Below are positions 42,044 through 51,330 of a stretch of 64,000 nt of DNA, piece after piece (the stretch's first letter is position 1; each line of letters opens with the position of its first letter). The stretch is from the NCBI GenBank assembly GCA_963664225.1, contig OY760937.1, forward strand, positions 800,001 through 864,000, read 5' to 3'. Both the position numbers and the translations under genes were made by a program. The stretch comes from Verrucomicrobiia bacterium (GTDB taxonomy: Bacteria > Verrucomicrobiota > Verrucomicrobiia > Limisphaerales > UBA1319). The notes under the pieces are model-generated. The model worked only from the letters and a program-made list of their open reading frames with translations. It did not search any database and was not told where the DNA came from.

Positions 42044-43606
42044 TTGAAAGCTGGCTTGCATCGGCGAACGCCTTGGATCAAAATGTTTGCCAATATGAAC
42101 CCACTCGTCCGCTGGATTGCCAGGTTATCGTGTGTGGGTCTGTGCTGTTTCGCCAGCCAGGCTCAAGCGCAAACAATCGATCTTGGTATGTTTGAAGGGC
42201 AAAAGGACATTGGAGACAACCGCAAACCGGGTTTTGCCGAGTATCATTCTGACAGCCAAAGTTACCTGGTGGGAGGTGGCGGCGAGAACATGTGGTTCAC
42301 CAATGACGCGTTCCATTTCGTGTGGAAGAAGATGGATGGGGATTTTGCGTTTGAGTCCAAGGTCAGTTGGGTGGGAGAAGGCGGGAATGCGCATCGCAAG
42401 GGATGTCTGATGATCCGGCAGACGTTGGATTCGGATTCTCCCTATATCGATGCCGCGCTGCATGGCGATGGATTGACTTCACTGCAATACCGCGAGGTTC
42501 GAGGTGGGATGACGCGTGAAATCCAGTCGAATGTGACCAAGCCTGCCAAGCTTCGCATCGTGCGACAGGGGGACGCGTTTACCTTGTGGCTCGCGGGCGA
42601 GGATGGGGCCATGGTTTCATCCGGTTGCGCGCATCGTCTGACCTTCAGCGGGCCCGTGTATGTGGGATTGGCCGTGTGCGCGCATGACAACAGCACACTT
42701 GAAAAGGCGCGCTTTTCGGAAATCTCCATTCAACCCAGGCTTAAAGCCGCTGCGGAAAAGCAGGTGCTTCAATCCACTCTGGAAACGATGGCCATTGCTT
42801 CGAAGGACCGCAAAACAGTTTATCATTCACTCGATCCCTTTGAAGCGCCCAACTGGTCGCGGGACGGGCGTTATCTTCTTTATAACGGCCAGGGCAAAAT
42901 GTGGCGGATGCCGCTGGGTGGTCGCCAACCGGAGCCGGTGGATACGGGGTTTGCGATTCACTGCAACAACGATCATGGAATTTCATTCGATGGCAAGACG
43001 CTGGCCATCAGCGACCAAACCAAGGGCGGCAAATCGTTGATTTATACGCTGCCGGTGGAGGGTGGAATCCCACGCCAAATCACGGCCACCGGTCCTTCGT
43101 ATTGGCATGGATGGTCGCCGGATGGCAAATCTCTTGTTTATTGCGGGGAACGCGGTGGGGAGTTCGATGTTTACAAGATTTCGACGGAGGGCGGCTCCGA
43201 GACGCGCCTGACGACGGCGAGTGGTTTGGACGACGGTCCTGAATATACCGCGGACGGGAAATGGATTTATTTCAATTCGGACCGGACGGGGAGCATGCAA
43301 ATCTGGCGCATGGCCCCGGACGGAAGTGGGCAGGAACAAGTGACCAGGGATTCCTTTAATAATTGGTTTGCGCATCCATCCCCGGATGGCCGTTGGATTG
43401 TATTTCTCTCTTATGAAGCGGATATAAAAGGGCATCCCGCCAATAAACCTGTCATGCTGCGGCTCATGCCGCTGGGTGGCGGACCGATCGATACTTTGGC
43501 GACCTTATTTGGCGGGCAAGGCACCATCAATGTGCCCTCCTGGTCTCCGGACAGCCGCAATATTGCCTTTGTCAGTTATGAATTCGTCACGGTAAATGGA
43601 AAATAG
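42044..43606 (+). CDS. TolB-like PD40 beta-propeller protein with N-terminal beta-sandwich domain
   Basis: [27 protein letters not shown] repeats; real start probably ATG 42083 or 42095. Confidence 0.85.
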   Translation: MKAGLHRRTPWIKMFANMNPLVRWIARLSCVGLCCFASQAQAQTIDLGMFEGQKDIGDNRKPGFAEYHSDSQSYLVGGGGENMWFTNDAFHFVWKKMDGDFAFESKVSWVGEGGNAHRKGCLMIRQTLDSDSPYIDAALHGDGLTSLQYREVRGGMTREIQSNVTKPAKLRIVRQGDAFTLWLAGEDGAMVSSGCAHRLTFSGPVYVGLAVCAHDNSTLEKARFSEISIQPRLKAAAEKQVLQSTLETMAIASKDRKTVYHSLDPFEAPNWSRDGRYLLYNGQGKMWRMPLGGRQPEPVDTGFAIHCNNDHGISFDGKTLAISDQTKGGKSLIYTLPVEGGIPRQITATGPSYWHGWSPDGKSLVYCGERGGEFDVYKISTEGGSETRLTTASGLDDGPEYTADGKWIYFNSDRTGSMQIWRMAPDGSGQEQVTRDSFNNWFAHPSPDGRWIVFLSYEADIKGHPANKPVMLRLMPLGGGPIDTLATLFGGQGTINVPSWSPDSRNIAFVSYEFVTVNGK

Positions 43607-43945
43607 GAGGGCGGAGGGCGGAGGAAATGGATAATTGACAATCGAAAATGGACAATGAAGCCAACTTCGAATTAGGCAATCCGTGGGAGAAGAGAATTAT
43701 ACATGGATAATCAGGATGGGCAGGATTTTTAACCACGGATATGACGGATGGCACGCAAGAAGGCGAGCGCTGACTGAGCGGCACCTCTCCACGCCGCGCG
43801 GTGACTTCCTGCCGCTCCAAGGGGCGACTGGATGGCTGGAATAAGCGCATAAATCGCAAAATGGAGTTTCTGCAGCGCCGCAACACGCTAATTTCATGCG
43901 GTTTACACATTTTGGAGAGCCTCAAGAACCACGCAGATGAGGGTA

Positions 43946-43973
43946 TTGACATTATTCCTGTGAGGAATATCTT
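43946..43973 (+). promoter_or_regulatory. Sigma70-type promoter with overlapping palindromic operator
   Basis: TTGACA-16nt-TATCTT; TATTCCT-gtg-AGGAATA inverted repeat at 43953-43969. Confidence 0.6.
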
Positions 43974-44339
43974 ATGGAGCCGATGTGGCACTTTGAGCCG
44001 ACAACTCAGTGGCGGAAAGATGTCCGCTTCTATGAAAAGAAGCACCCGAACGAGCTGGCGGCTGTCCTGCGAAATTTGGAACGATACGAAAAACAATTGA
44101 ATATTACCGCGAATTCCCGGTCAATTGCGGCCGGTTATCTGCATGCTGAACCACTGGGCATTCTTGCAATTGACCAGAAGGGAGGCGGTGGCAACCTTCA
44201 AGAGACACGGCTTTACACGTATGCGGATGATGTTAAAAAAGTCGTTTATCTTATTACAATAGGGAATAAAGACAGCCAGGCAGGTGACATTGCGGTCAGT
44301 AAAGAATTTGTCGAAACCTTACGCCAAAAAGCGGAATAG
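43974..44339 (+). CDS. Putative RelE/HigB-like toxin
   Basis: 121 aa, RLY..VYLITIGNK..Q..DI pattern, directly upstream of an HTH gene. Confidence 0.6.
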   Translation: MEPMWHFEPTTQWRKDVRFYEKKHPNELAAVLRNLERYEKQLNITANSRSIAAGYLHAEPLGILAIDQKGGGGNLQETRLYTYADDVKKVVYLITIGNKDSQAGDIAVSKEFVETLRQKAE

Positions 44340-44348
44340 GAATTTACC

Positions 44349-44948
44349 ATGAATACAGAGCTTGAAAAGAAAGGCGCTGCCCGGCCCACGGGCAAACGCT
44401 ATGCCTCCGTTCAGGATCTTCTCCAGGGAGAGAAAATCACACCGGACGTGCACTCGAAGATCAACGAATTGAGGAAAGAGACCCGCCTGGCGGAAATCCT
44501 GGCCGAATTGCGTGTGAAGGCTGGATTTACCCAGGAGCAGGTGGCCCAACGATTTGGCGTCACCCAGAGCGCCATCTCGAAATTGGAAAGCGGGCGGGAT
44601 GAAGACCTGACTCTGGGGGAAATCCGCAAATACGCGGAACTTACAGGCCAGCGGATCGGACTGTTGTTGGGAAAACCACTGACCCATGTGGAAGCAGTGA
44701 AGGTCCACGCATTGGAAATTAAGAGCCGCTTAACCGCCCTGGCCAAACTTGCGCACAAAGACGAGGAGATTGAGCAAGCCATCCAGGGTTTCTTCGGCGA
44801 GGCATTTTTCAATATTCTCGATATTTTGTCGAAATGCCATCAGCAGATGCCCCACAGTTCCGGTTTTCAACTGAAAGTGGAACTCATCGGGACACCGTCA
44901 TCCAAGCCCGCCGCCACACTGGCTGAGCCTTCAGACAGAGGGGAGTGA
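44349..44948 (+). CDS. XRE-family HTH protein (putative antitoxin) with C-terminal extension
   Basis: LRVKAGFTQEQVAQRFGVTQSAISKLESG. Confidence 0.8.
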   Translation: MNTELEKKGAARPTGKRYASVQDLLQGEKITPDVHSKINELRKETRLAEILAELRVKAGFTQEQVAQRFGVTQSAISKLESGRDEDLTLGEIRKYAELTGQRIGLLLGKPLTHVEAVKVHALEIKSRLTALAKLAHKDEEIEQAIQGFFGEAFFNILDILSKCHQQMPHSSGFQLKVELIGTPSSKPAATLAEPSDRGE

Positions 44949-44974
44949 AAATCAGGCGGCTGAAAAAAAAGAAC

Positions 44975-45137
44975 TGCCTGGCCGGCATTGAAGCGCGATC
45001 CGAATCGGCCCGAGGACGTGCTGAAGGTGGAAGTGGATGAAGACGGCAACGGCGGCGACGATATGGCCGATGCGCTGCGATATCTGATCGCGAGCAAGGG
45101 AAGGACGGTGGCGGTCAGGTAATTGGTGGAGGTGTGA
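44975..45137 (+). pseudogene. Remnant resembling the C-terminus of a phage terminase large subunit
   Basis: Start-less frame PALKRDPNRPEDVLKVEVDEDGNGGDDMADALRYL with D..DALRY motif; in-frame stop at 45120-45122. Confidence 0.55.
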
Positions 45138-45232
45138 GCAACGATCACAGATTAGCGATCCCGCACCAGTGAAGCCCGATATTCAACTGAGACGCGCCCC
45201 GCCCGCCTCCGCTGAAGTGATCTCGTTAGGCT
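45136..45232 (-). other. attC-like site 1 (degenerate)
   Basis: Minus strand GCCTAAC (contains the gene stop)...GATCACTTCAGCG...CGCTAATCTGTGATC GTT. Confidence 0.65.
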
Positions 45233-45534
45233 GTCTGGTCCACTTCATAGACGAACGCCTTCCCCCGTGAGGACGGTTCCCAGCCAGCAGCCAGTGCCGC
45301 GCGAATCGAATCGGTAAGCCGTCGCTCCGATACCGATGGACGCGGACGCTTTAGTGACGAAACGCTAGTGGTCAATTCCGGCCGGAACTCCAATAGGAGT
45401 TTGCGCGCCGGAAATTCAACGGGCTGAACAGCAAGTGCGAGCCCCTTCCAGCCCTCGCCGCTACACCAAGTCGGGCGGCGGTGACTACACCACTCGAACC
45501 TAACACCGTCAACAGTGACGTTTGATGCTTTCAC
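45226..45534 (-). CDS. Cassette-borne hypothetical protein
   Basis: GTG start 8 nt after GTTGGCC core; stop inside the next GCCTAAC. Confidence 0.65.
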   Translation of the reverse strand: MKASNVTVDGVRFEWCSHRRPTWCSGEGWKGLALAVQPVEFPARKLLLEFRPELTTSVSSLKRPRPSVSERRLTDSIRAALAAGWEPSSRGKAFVYEVDQTA

Positions 45535-45542
45535 TCGATCTT

Positions 45543-45642
45543 GGCCAACAATTGAACTCACACAAGCCGGACCAAACGATGCTGCCCGCGAAGCGGAACT
45601 GCGACGGCCATCCCGCGTTGTGCTTGCGGCGATTTATTAGTC
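45543..45642 (-). other. attC-like site 2
   Basis: Minus strand GACTAAT...GCAAGCACAA...TTGTGTGAGTTCAATT GTTGGCC; 100 bp. Confidence 0.7.
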
Positions 45643-45657
45643 CACCGCGACTGTAAA

Positions 45658-46113
45658 TCAAGTGTCATACTCTCCGCTGTCCCAAGGTTCATGAAACGCC
45701 ATATAATTCCCAGGCAGCAACTTAACCCACCAATCGTCATCATCCTCTTCTGGCGGGCGTGCCACCAAACCGAATGTCGTGCCATACCGCTCAACCTCAA
45801 ACGGCTGAACCTCGATGCGATCATGCTCGACCGGACCAAGTTCCGCGAGCCGCTGCTCGAACATTTTGCGTGCTCGCTGCTCATCAAGCTCGGCTCGTGT
45901 GCCCATATCATCGATGCGAGCTTCGAGAAATACTCCGCGCTTGTCGAAAATATACACTGCAATAAACTCCCGTCCGGCACTTCCATCAATAGCTGGGACG
46001 AAGGGCGACGTCACGAAAAACTGGCGACCATCCGGGAGACGACCAATGTGACTTGCGTGATAGTCATCATGGTCAATTGCAATGAGTGTTGGCTTGCTCA
46101 TGGCCTCGTGCAT
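45658..46113 (-). CDS. Cassette-borne hypothetical protein
   Basis: ATG 5 nt after a GTTAGCC core (46119-46125); acidic protein of about 150 aa. Confidence 0.75.
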   Translation of the reverse strand: MHEAMSKPTLIAIDHDDYHASHIGRLPDGRQFFVTSPFVPAIDGSAGREFIAVYIFDKRGVFLEARIDDMGTRAELDEQRARKMFEQRLAELGPVEHDRIEVQPFEVERYGTTFGLVARPPEEDDDDWWVKLLPGNYMAFHEPWDSGEYDT

Positions 46114-46184
46114 TGGTGGGCTAACTTTGATAATGCGACCAGCAGTCCGTATCTTGGACCGGTAAGAAAATATTCTTGATTCGT

Positions 46185-46511
46185 CGCATGTACGGGATTT
46201 AAACCCTTTTCCACTGCCGGTCAACATCAGAGGTTCGGCCTACGCCGCTGGCTGGGCGGTTTGGGCGCGTGAGAAAAGGCGGAGGGCGCAGGGCGCAGGG
46301 CGGAGAGCGGAGGGCAGAGGTCAGGCCACTGATCCAACTCCTACAGAGTTGGTGGCGCGTGGGTATGTGTAACCCGGGGTAGCTCGTTCCTCGCAACCCC
46401 GGTCTGAATGATTTAATCCCTTCGGGATAATGAGATGGAAATCCCGTGCGGCAGTGGTTGAATGGAGATTAAGCGGCCAGCACGTCTGCCAGACCGGAAC
46501 AGGTCGCGCCA
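46185..46511 (-). repeat. Duplicated REP/promoter module, copy A
   Basis: Similar to 47758-48145; palindromes CCAACTCCTACAGAGTTGG, CCGGGGT..ACCCCGG, ATCCCTTCGGGAT. Confidence 0.85.
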
Positions 46512-46543
46512 TCCGCCATCCGCTGGAGTGATCCTCGTTAGGC
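46512..46543 (-). other. Truncated attC (left half)
   Basis: GCCTAAC GAGGATCACTCCAGCGGATGGCGG right after the stop; nearly the same as the start of attC 1, then fused to the repeat module. Confidence 0.55.
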
Positions 46544-47149
46544 TCACCGGTTTTCATGTTCAATAGAATTTAAAAACTTTTCATGCTCTGCGACGATCAT
46601 TCGCCAGTTCGGACGCTCATTAGTGCGAATGAAATTAAGGGTTCCTCTTAATCGCTTACGGAACTCGTCCTGCGAGACTCGCTCGCTGCACTCACCTAGC
46701 TGTCCCGTGTGCGGGCGGAAGTCCGATCCGCTGCCAAAATCAACGGGAATGATAATCCAAGCCTTCTCTTTGAATCTGGTGGGTGGAGGGCCATGCCAAT
46801 TCCAGCGTGTTGGACGGTTAAAATACAAGAGGATCAAATCTGGAGCGTCGTCTTCGCGGAGGCCGGGAACGTAGTTGTAATCATTGGTCCACGCCATATA
46901 ACCGCTCAAATTGTCACCAATTATTGCGAGTGAATCTTGGCTCGAGCCTTTAACATTGGGAAAAGGCTCCCGGGCATTTGTGATGTCTCCGCCAGACGGA
47001 TGCATCACGGCCGAAAAGCCCAGCATAATCGTCTTGTGACAGGTCGGCCTTCCATCCCAATCCAAAATGAGGCAGAAGTACCCGAATATCAGTCCGACAA
47101 GGGCGGCAGATATTCCCGCAACCCAGAAAACTACTATTTTCGTCCGCAT
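46544..47149 (-). CDS. Cassette-borne hypothetical membrane-anchored protein
   Basis: Between GTTGAAC core and GCCTAAC; N-terminal TM. Confidence 0.75.
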   Translation of the reverse strand: MRTKIVVFWVAGISAALVGLIFGYFCLILDWDGRPTCHKTIMLGFSAVMHPSGGDITNAREPFPNVKGSSQDSLAIIGDNLSGYMAWTNDYNYVPGLREDDAPDLILLYFNRPTRWNWHGPPPTRFKEKAWIIIPVDFGSGSDFRPHTGQLGECSERVSQDEFRKRLRGTLNFIRTNERPNWRMIVAEHEKFLNSIEHENR

Positions 47150-47163
47150 GGCACGTAGGATTT

Positions 47164-47264
47164 GTTCAACTCAAAGGTCAGTGATGAGAGCCAGCCGCCT
47201 GAGACGTTCGATTTGTCTCTGAGGGAATCGGCTGGCTCCCGGTCGCTGGGCCGGCCTGTTGATC
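47164..47264 (-). other. attC-like site 4
   Basis: Minus strand GATCAAC...CAGCGACCGGGAGCCAGCCG...CGGCTGGCTCTCATCACTGACCTTTGA GTTGAAC; 101 bp. Confidence 0.75.
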
Positions 47265-47762
47265 GGTCTTGTTAGACTTGGGATAAATCCGCCAAAGCCC
47301 GACCGACTGATCACCCGGATTCCAGCCATACACGCGCCCCCACATCTCACTACCATCGATCAGGCCGACGTATTTTGGGTCTGCCTCGTAGCCCGCGCCC
47401 TCCTGAGTCCAGGAGACAACAATTCCTGTAACCACAAGCGTTTGTGAGCCACCGCTGCGGTTGAAGGTGTGGGGAGCGGGAACAGTGATCTGCCCATTCT
47501 CGCAGTGAAGGATAATCTCACGGGGCGCAAGATGAGACCCTGGAAACCACACATCCATCAAATACGCGCCGGAGGTGATGACGTTACTCCGCGTTTGAAA
47601 ACTTGGGAGCACGCTCCTATCCAAGTCAGCAAATTTATCGTAGCGCCTCATCTCATCCTCCATCAATTCTACCTCTGCGCTCGTGCTGCCCCACCAACGG
47701 CCGATGAAAAATGACACCACCACCGCTCCGACTCCGATAGAGGCTAGGATAAGCTTACGCAT
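47178..47762 (-). CDS. Cassette-borne hypothetical exported protein (reads into its attC)
   Basis: N-terminal hydrophobic helix; last ~28 codons are attC sequence. Confidence 0.7.
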   Translation of the reverse strand: MRKLILASIGVGAVVVSFFIGRWWGSTSAEVELMEDEMRRYDKFADLDRSVLPSFQTRSNVITSGAYLMDVWFPGSHLAPREIILHCENGQITVPAPHTFNRSGGSQTLVVTGIVVSWTQEGAGYEADPKYVGLIDGSEMWGRVYGWNPGDQSVGLWRIYPKSNKTDQQAGPATGSQPIPSETNRTSQAAGSHH

Positions 47763-48145
47763 GTACGGGGTTTAGACCCTTTTCCAATGTTGGTCAATAT
47801 CGGAGGTTCTGTCCACGCCGTTGGCTGGCCGGTTTCGGCGCGAGAGAAAAGGCGGAGGGCGGAGGGCAAACCAGAAGGCGGAGGGCCACAGATTAACACA
47901 GACCGACACAGATCAGGATGGAAAATATGCGGACGGAGGTCAGGCCACGGATCCAACTCCTACAGAGTTGGTGGTGTGGAGGGGGATGCGCAACCCGGGG
48001 TAGCTCGTTCCTCGCAACCCCGGTCTGAATGATTTAATCCCTTCGGGATAATGAGATGGAAATCCGGTGCCGCAGTGGTTGAATGGAGATTAAGCGGCCA
48101 GCACGTCTTGCCAGCACGTCTGCCAGACCGGAACAGGACGCGCCA
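47758..48145 (-). repeat. Duplicated REP/promoter module, copy B
   Basis: Similar to 46185-46511, with an extra CACAGA-periodic insert. Confidence 0.85.
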
Positions 48146-48169
48146 CTCGGGGTACACGGATTAAGCAAG

Positions 48170-49465
48170 TCAGCCGGTATGGTTGGGCGCTAATGTCCGA
48201 ATCAATGCCCTGGTCGCCTGGCGGGTTTTCCAGGTGGCGATGTCCAGGCCGCGATTGCACGCGACGAGCACGGCAAAGTCAATTTCGGGCGCGATGGACA
48301 CAACGCTGTGCGATAATCCGTTGCTTCCGCCGTGCCAGAGACGGCGGCCGGTGTCTCCGGGCCGGATTCCTTTTGCCCAACCGGCTGGGCTGATAAACCA
48401 TCCGGCATTGTAAGTCACGGCGGGTGTGTCATCACCCGTTGCCAGGGAGATTGCCCCGCGCAAGACCCGTCCCCCCTTGAAATAAGTTGTGGCGGGTGAG
48501 GCTGCGTGCATTTCCGCAAATGCATCCGGCTTGAGCAGCGCGGCCTGGCCATGGGGATTGGCCGGATCACCGCACAAATGGAGCCCGATGAATTTGGCCC
48601 AATCTGTAATGGTCATGTGTGCCGTGCCGGCCGGGCCGTAGTACATTGGGAATTGCGCGGCGGGGCTGCCTGGGTCAATCGGTTTGCCAACGAACGAGGA
48701 GTGGCCCCAGGGTTGATCGGTTTTACCAGCGGCGCCCGGCTGCCCGAACCCGCCCGTGCTGATGCCCAGTGGCTGGAAGAGTCGTTCGCGCATCAGGTCT
48801 TCCCACGCACGCCCGGTGAGGTGTTCCAGCACGGCCCCCGCGAGAACGTAGCCCTCATTGGAATAGACGAATTTGGTGCCCGGAGGGTTTGTTGGCGCGC
48901 GCGAAAGGGCCTGCCTGGCGATTTCCAGGCGCTGCTGCGGCAAGGTTCCCAGCCGTGATCGCGGGGGCTGCATCAACCCGGGGCCGCTGCGCAAGTTGGC
49001 GAAAGGTGCGCGAAGAAGGTTAAACACCCGGCCCAGGCCGTCCGGGTCAATGCGCAAGCCGGCGCGGTGCGCGAGGACCTGCCGCAAGGTGACTTTCTCC
49101 CACGCCGGGTGCATGGGCTTCACCGTGTCGGCAAAAAGTTCACCCAACGTGGTGGTCCAATTCACCCTGCCATGCTCGACGAGCATCGCGACGAGCGTCG
49201 CGGTCATGGCTTTGCCGCAGGAATTAAGGAGAAATCGATCGTCGAGTGTGATGCGATCCGCGGCCCCTCTCTTGCGGACTCCTGCGACGCCTTGAGCGAC
49301 GATGCAGTTGCCCTGCAGAACGACAGCGGCCATGCCGAAAGATTCGGCCCACCGACCAAGGATCGATTGCAGGATGGCATCAACATTGGCCGGCACGTTG
49401 TCCTCCATCTTCCCGTGGGACAAACTCGCGGGTCTCAATGGATCGGATTTTGGCGCTTCGCTCAT
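48170..49465 (-). CDS. Serine hydrolase (beta-lactamase-related family)
   Basis: SCGK (SxxK), LAHRAGL, PGTKFVYSNEGY (YxN), WHGGS. Confidence 0.9.
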   Translation of the reverse strand: MSEAPKSDPLRPASLSHGKMEDNVPANVDAILQSILGRWAESFGMAAVVLQGNCIVAQGVAGVRKRGAADRITLDDRFLLNSCGKAMTATLVAMLVEHGRVNWTTTLGELFADTVKPMHPAWEKVTLRQVLAHRAGLRIDPDGLGRVFNLLRAPFANLRSGPGLMQPPRSRLGTLPQQRLEIARQALSRAPTNPPGTKFVYSNEGYVLAGAVLEHLTGRAWEDLMRERLFQPLGISTGGFGQPGAAGKTDQPWGHSSFVGKPIDPGSPAAQFPMYYGPAGTAHMTITDWAKFIGLHLCGDPANPHGQAALLKPDAFAEMHAASPATTYFKGGRVLRGAISLATGDDTPAVTYNAGWFISPAGWAKGIRPGDTGRRLWHGGSNGLSHSVVSIAPEIDFAVLVACNRGLDIATWKTRQATRALIRTLAPNHTG

Positions 49466-50100
49466 GTTATTAACTTCCAGCAGGAGAATGGGTCAATGCA
49501 CCAGTCTGCCAATGACCCGAACGTCCGGTTTCATGTTGCCGGTTATCAGGCCGTGGTGCAATAAGACAGTGACCTGGCCCACGAAACCGGGTGTGAGACA
49601 AAATTCTCCGGCAGGCGAAAAAAGCGACAAAAAGGGCATGTGAGTATATACGAAACAAATATTGCAAGGGTTTCGGGAATGGCCGCGCGCCGATTGAGGG
49701 TCCGGCAAAAGTCAGATCTGAATGGACGACCGCCCTCCCGGCCTTCCCCCAGGGGGGTATTGGGAGATATCGGTGTATTTGAACGGTTTGAGAGCTGCCA
49801 TCGCGTGGGGTTTAAGTGCGAGGGGAATGAAACTGATCATAAATTCGGATGGGATTTAGCCGCATTTGGAAAGGAAAAGGAGAGCCTCACCCCGTCCCTC
49901 CATCTGGCGACGGAGAGGGAGGAGTATTGGGCGGTTCCGGACGATTGGGTGGTTTGGGAGGTTGCAGCCGCGTGGGTTTTGCGCAAAGGTAATAACCACA
50001 CAGTAAAAGTGACAGAGGGCGGGAAAGGGCGGAGAATTTAACCGCAGTTCCTCGACGGGTGCCAATCAAAGTTCGGGGCGAGGCGGTGAAACGGGTACGT

Positions 50101-50134
50101 AAAAAATCCCCTCCGGTTTAGCGAAGGGGATTTT
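50101..50134 (-). terminator. Intrinsic terminator
   Basis: AAAATCCCCT..AGGGGATTTT stem with minus-strand T-run, 30 nt after the stop at 50165. Confidence 0.7.
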
Positions 50135-50164
50135 GAAAGTTGAATTAAATCAAGCAGGGCGATC

Positions 50165-51043
50165 TTATTTCGAGGATGTCCGCTGAGACAGCCAGTACCA
50201 GTCGCGCCGCTCCTGTTGTGAATTAAGAGTTAATTGCCCGTTATTACCCGTCCTCATTTTGGTGGAGCTTACGAGCCACTTATGGATTTCAGAGTGACCA
50301 TCGGCGAAGGACAAGCCGACCGCCATATTATGGTAGGTGGCGGGCCAATCGATCCATTTCGCCTGATCGCAACTAACGCCAAAGCCGGCGTCATTGATGC
50401 TGCCCTCGTCTTCCTCAATAAAAACCCATGTCATCGAGGGTTTGAGAAAATCCGTGTTTTTTCCAAAAGTCCTCCAAGGACTATTGCGCTTGTGAGTGTG
50501 ATTGCCATCCAACCAGGGTCCATTGACAGATAGGGTGGGGATGCCACTGTGGTTACCGCCTGCATCAAATCCAGGATCCACGGTGCCCACCGCCTGGCTC
50601 ATGGCAAAGCTGCGAACGGTCGGGCGACCGCCAACCATTCTTTTATCGGCGGGGCATTTGTAAATACCGATGTTGTTACCCGTGTATTTCGCCAACACGT
50701 TGTATCTGGCCTCGCGGATATACATGGGGTTTGTGGCTTGCAGGTTGTCGGCCATGTTTCCCGAGCACCAATTGTAACCAGGCACTGTATTCGCGTCATC
50801 AGGATTAGGCGGCAACAGCTCCATATTGTCCGCAGCATACAACTGCAACGCGAGGATCATTTGCTTGCCGTTGTTCATGCAAGTAATGCCTTGGGCCTTG
50901 GTTTTGGCCTTGGCCAGAGAGGGCAGGAGCATGCCGGCCAGAATGGCGATGATTGCAATAACCACTAACAGCTCGATGAGTGTAAAACCGGAAATTCGGG
51001 CTTCGCGCCTTCCACTGCGGCTTATTGGAGTTGAGATACGCAT
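50165..51043 (-). CDS. Prepilin-type N-terminal cleavage/methylation protein with H-X9-DG motif
   Basis: [43 protein letters not shown]. Confidence 0.92.
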   Translation of the reverse strand: MRISTPISRSGRREARISGFTLIELLVVIAIIAILAGMLLPSLAKAKTKAQGITCMNNGKQMILALQLYAADNMELLPPNPDDANTVPGYNWCSGNMADNLQATNPMYIREARYNVLAKYTGNNIGIYKCPADKRMVGGRPTVRSFAMSQAVGTVDPGFDAGGNHSGIPTLSVNGPWLDGNHTHKRNSPWRTFGKNTDFLKPSMTWVFIEEDEGSINDAGFGVSCDQAKWIDWPATYHNMAVGLSFADGHSEIHKWLVSSTKMRTGNNGQLTLNSQQERRDWYWLSQRTSSK

Positions 51044-51330
51044 AATAAATTGCATTAAGAATGTCTTCAGTTTCGGCCAGCATCCTAATGGGGCTGTCTG
51101 AACGTGTCAAAATTAAAGCAAAGGAGGGAAACAGACAACTGTGCGTTTTGCGGCACAGTGAAAAGAACGATCCGGGCCGGGATTCGAGAAGGGTGCATGG
51201 AATCAGACGTCCAGACTGCATGTTGCTGTATGTGTATTATCATAAGGAAGATGCGAAACAATTGGATGCGATTCTTTGTGTTGCCGACCATGCAGACCCG
51301 CGCTACAATCCATGAAGCAACTCTGCATTT

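Noticed and set aside
43900..49500. Complete integron or intact prophage
   Set aside because: No intI and no structural phage genes; only attC-like sites and a short terminase-like relic.
49640..50069. Short ORFs between the serine hydrolase and the prepilin-type gene
   Set aside because: They overlap REP-like hairpins and have no family motifs.
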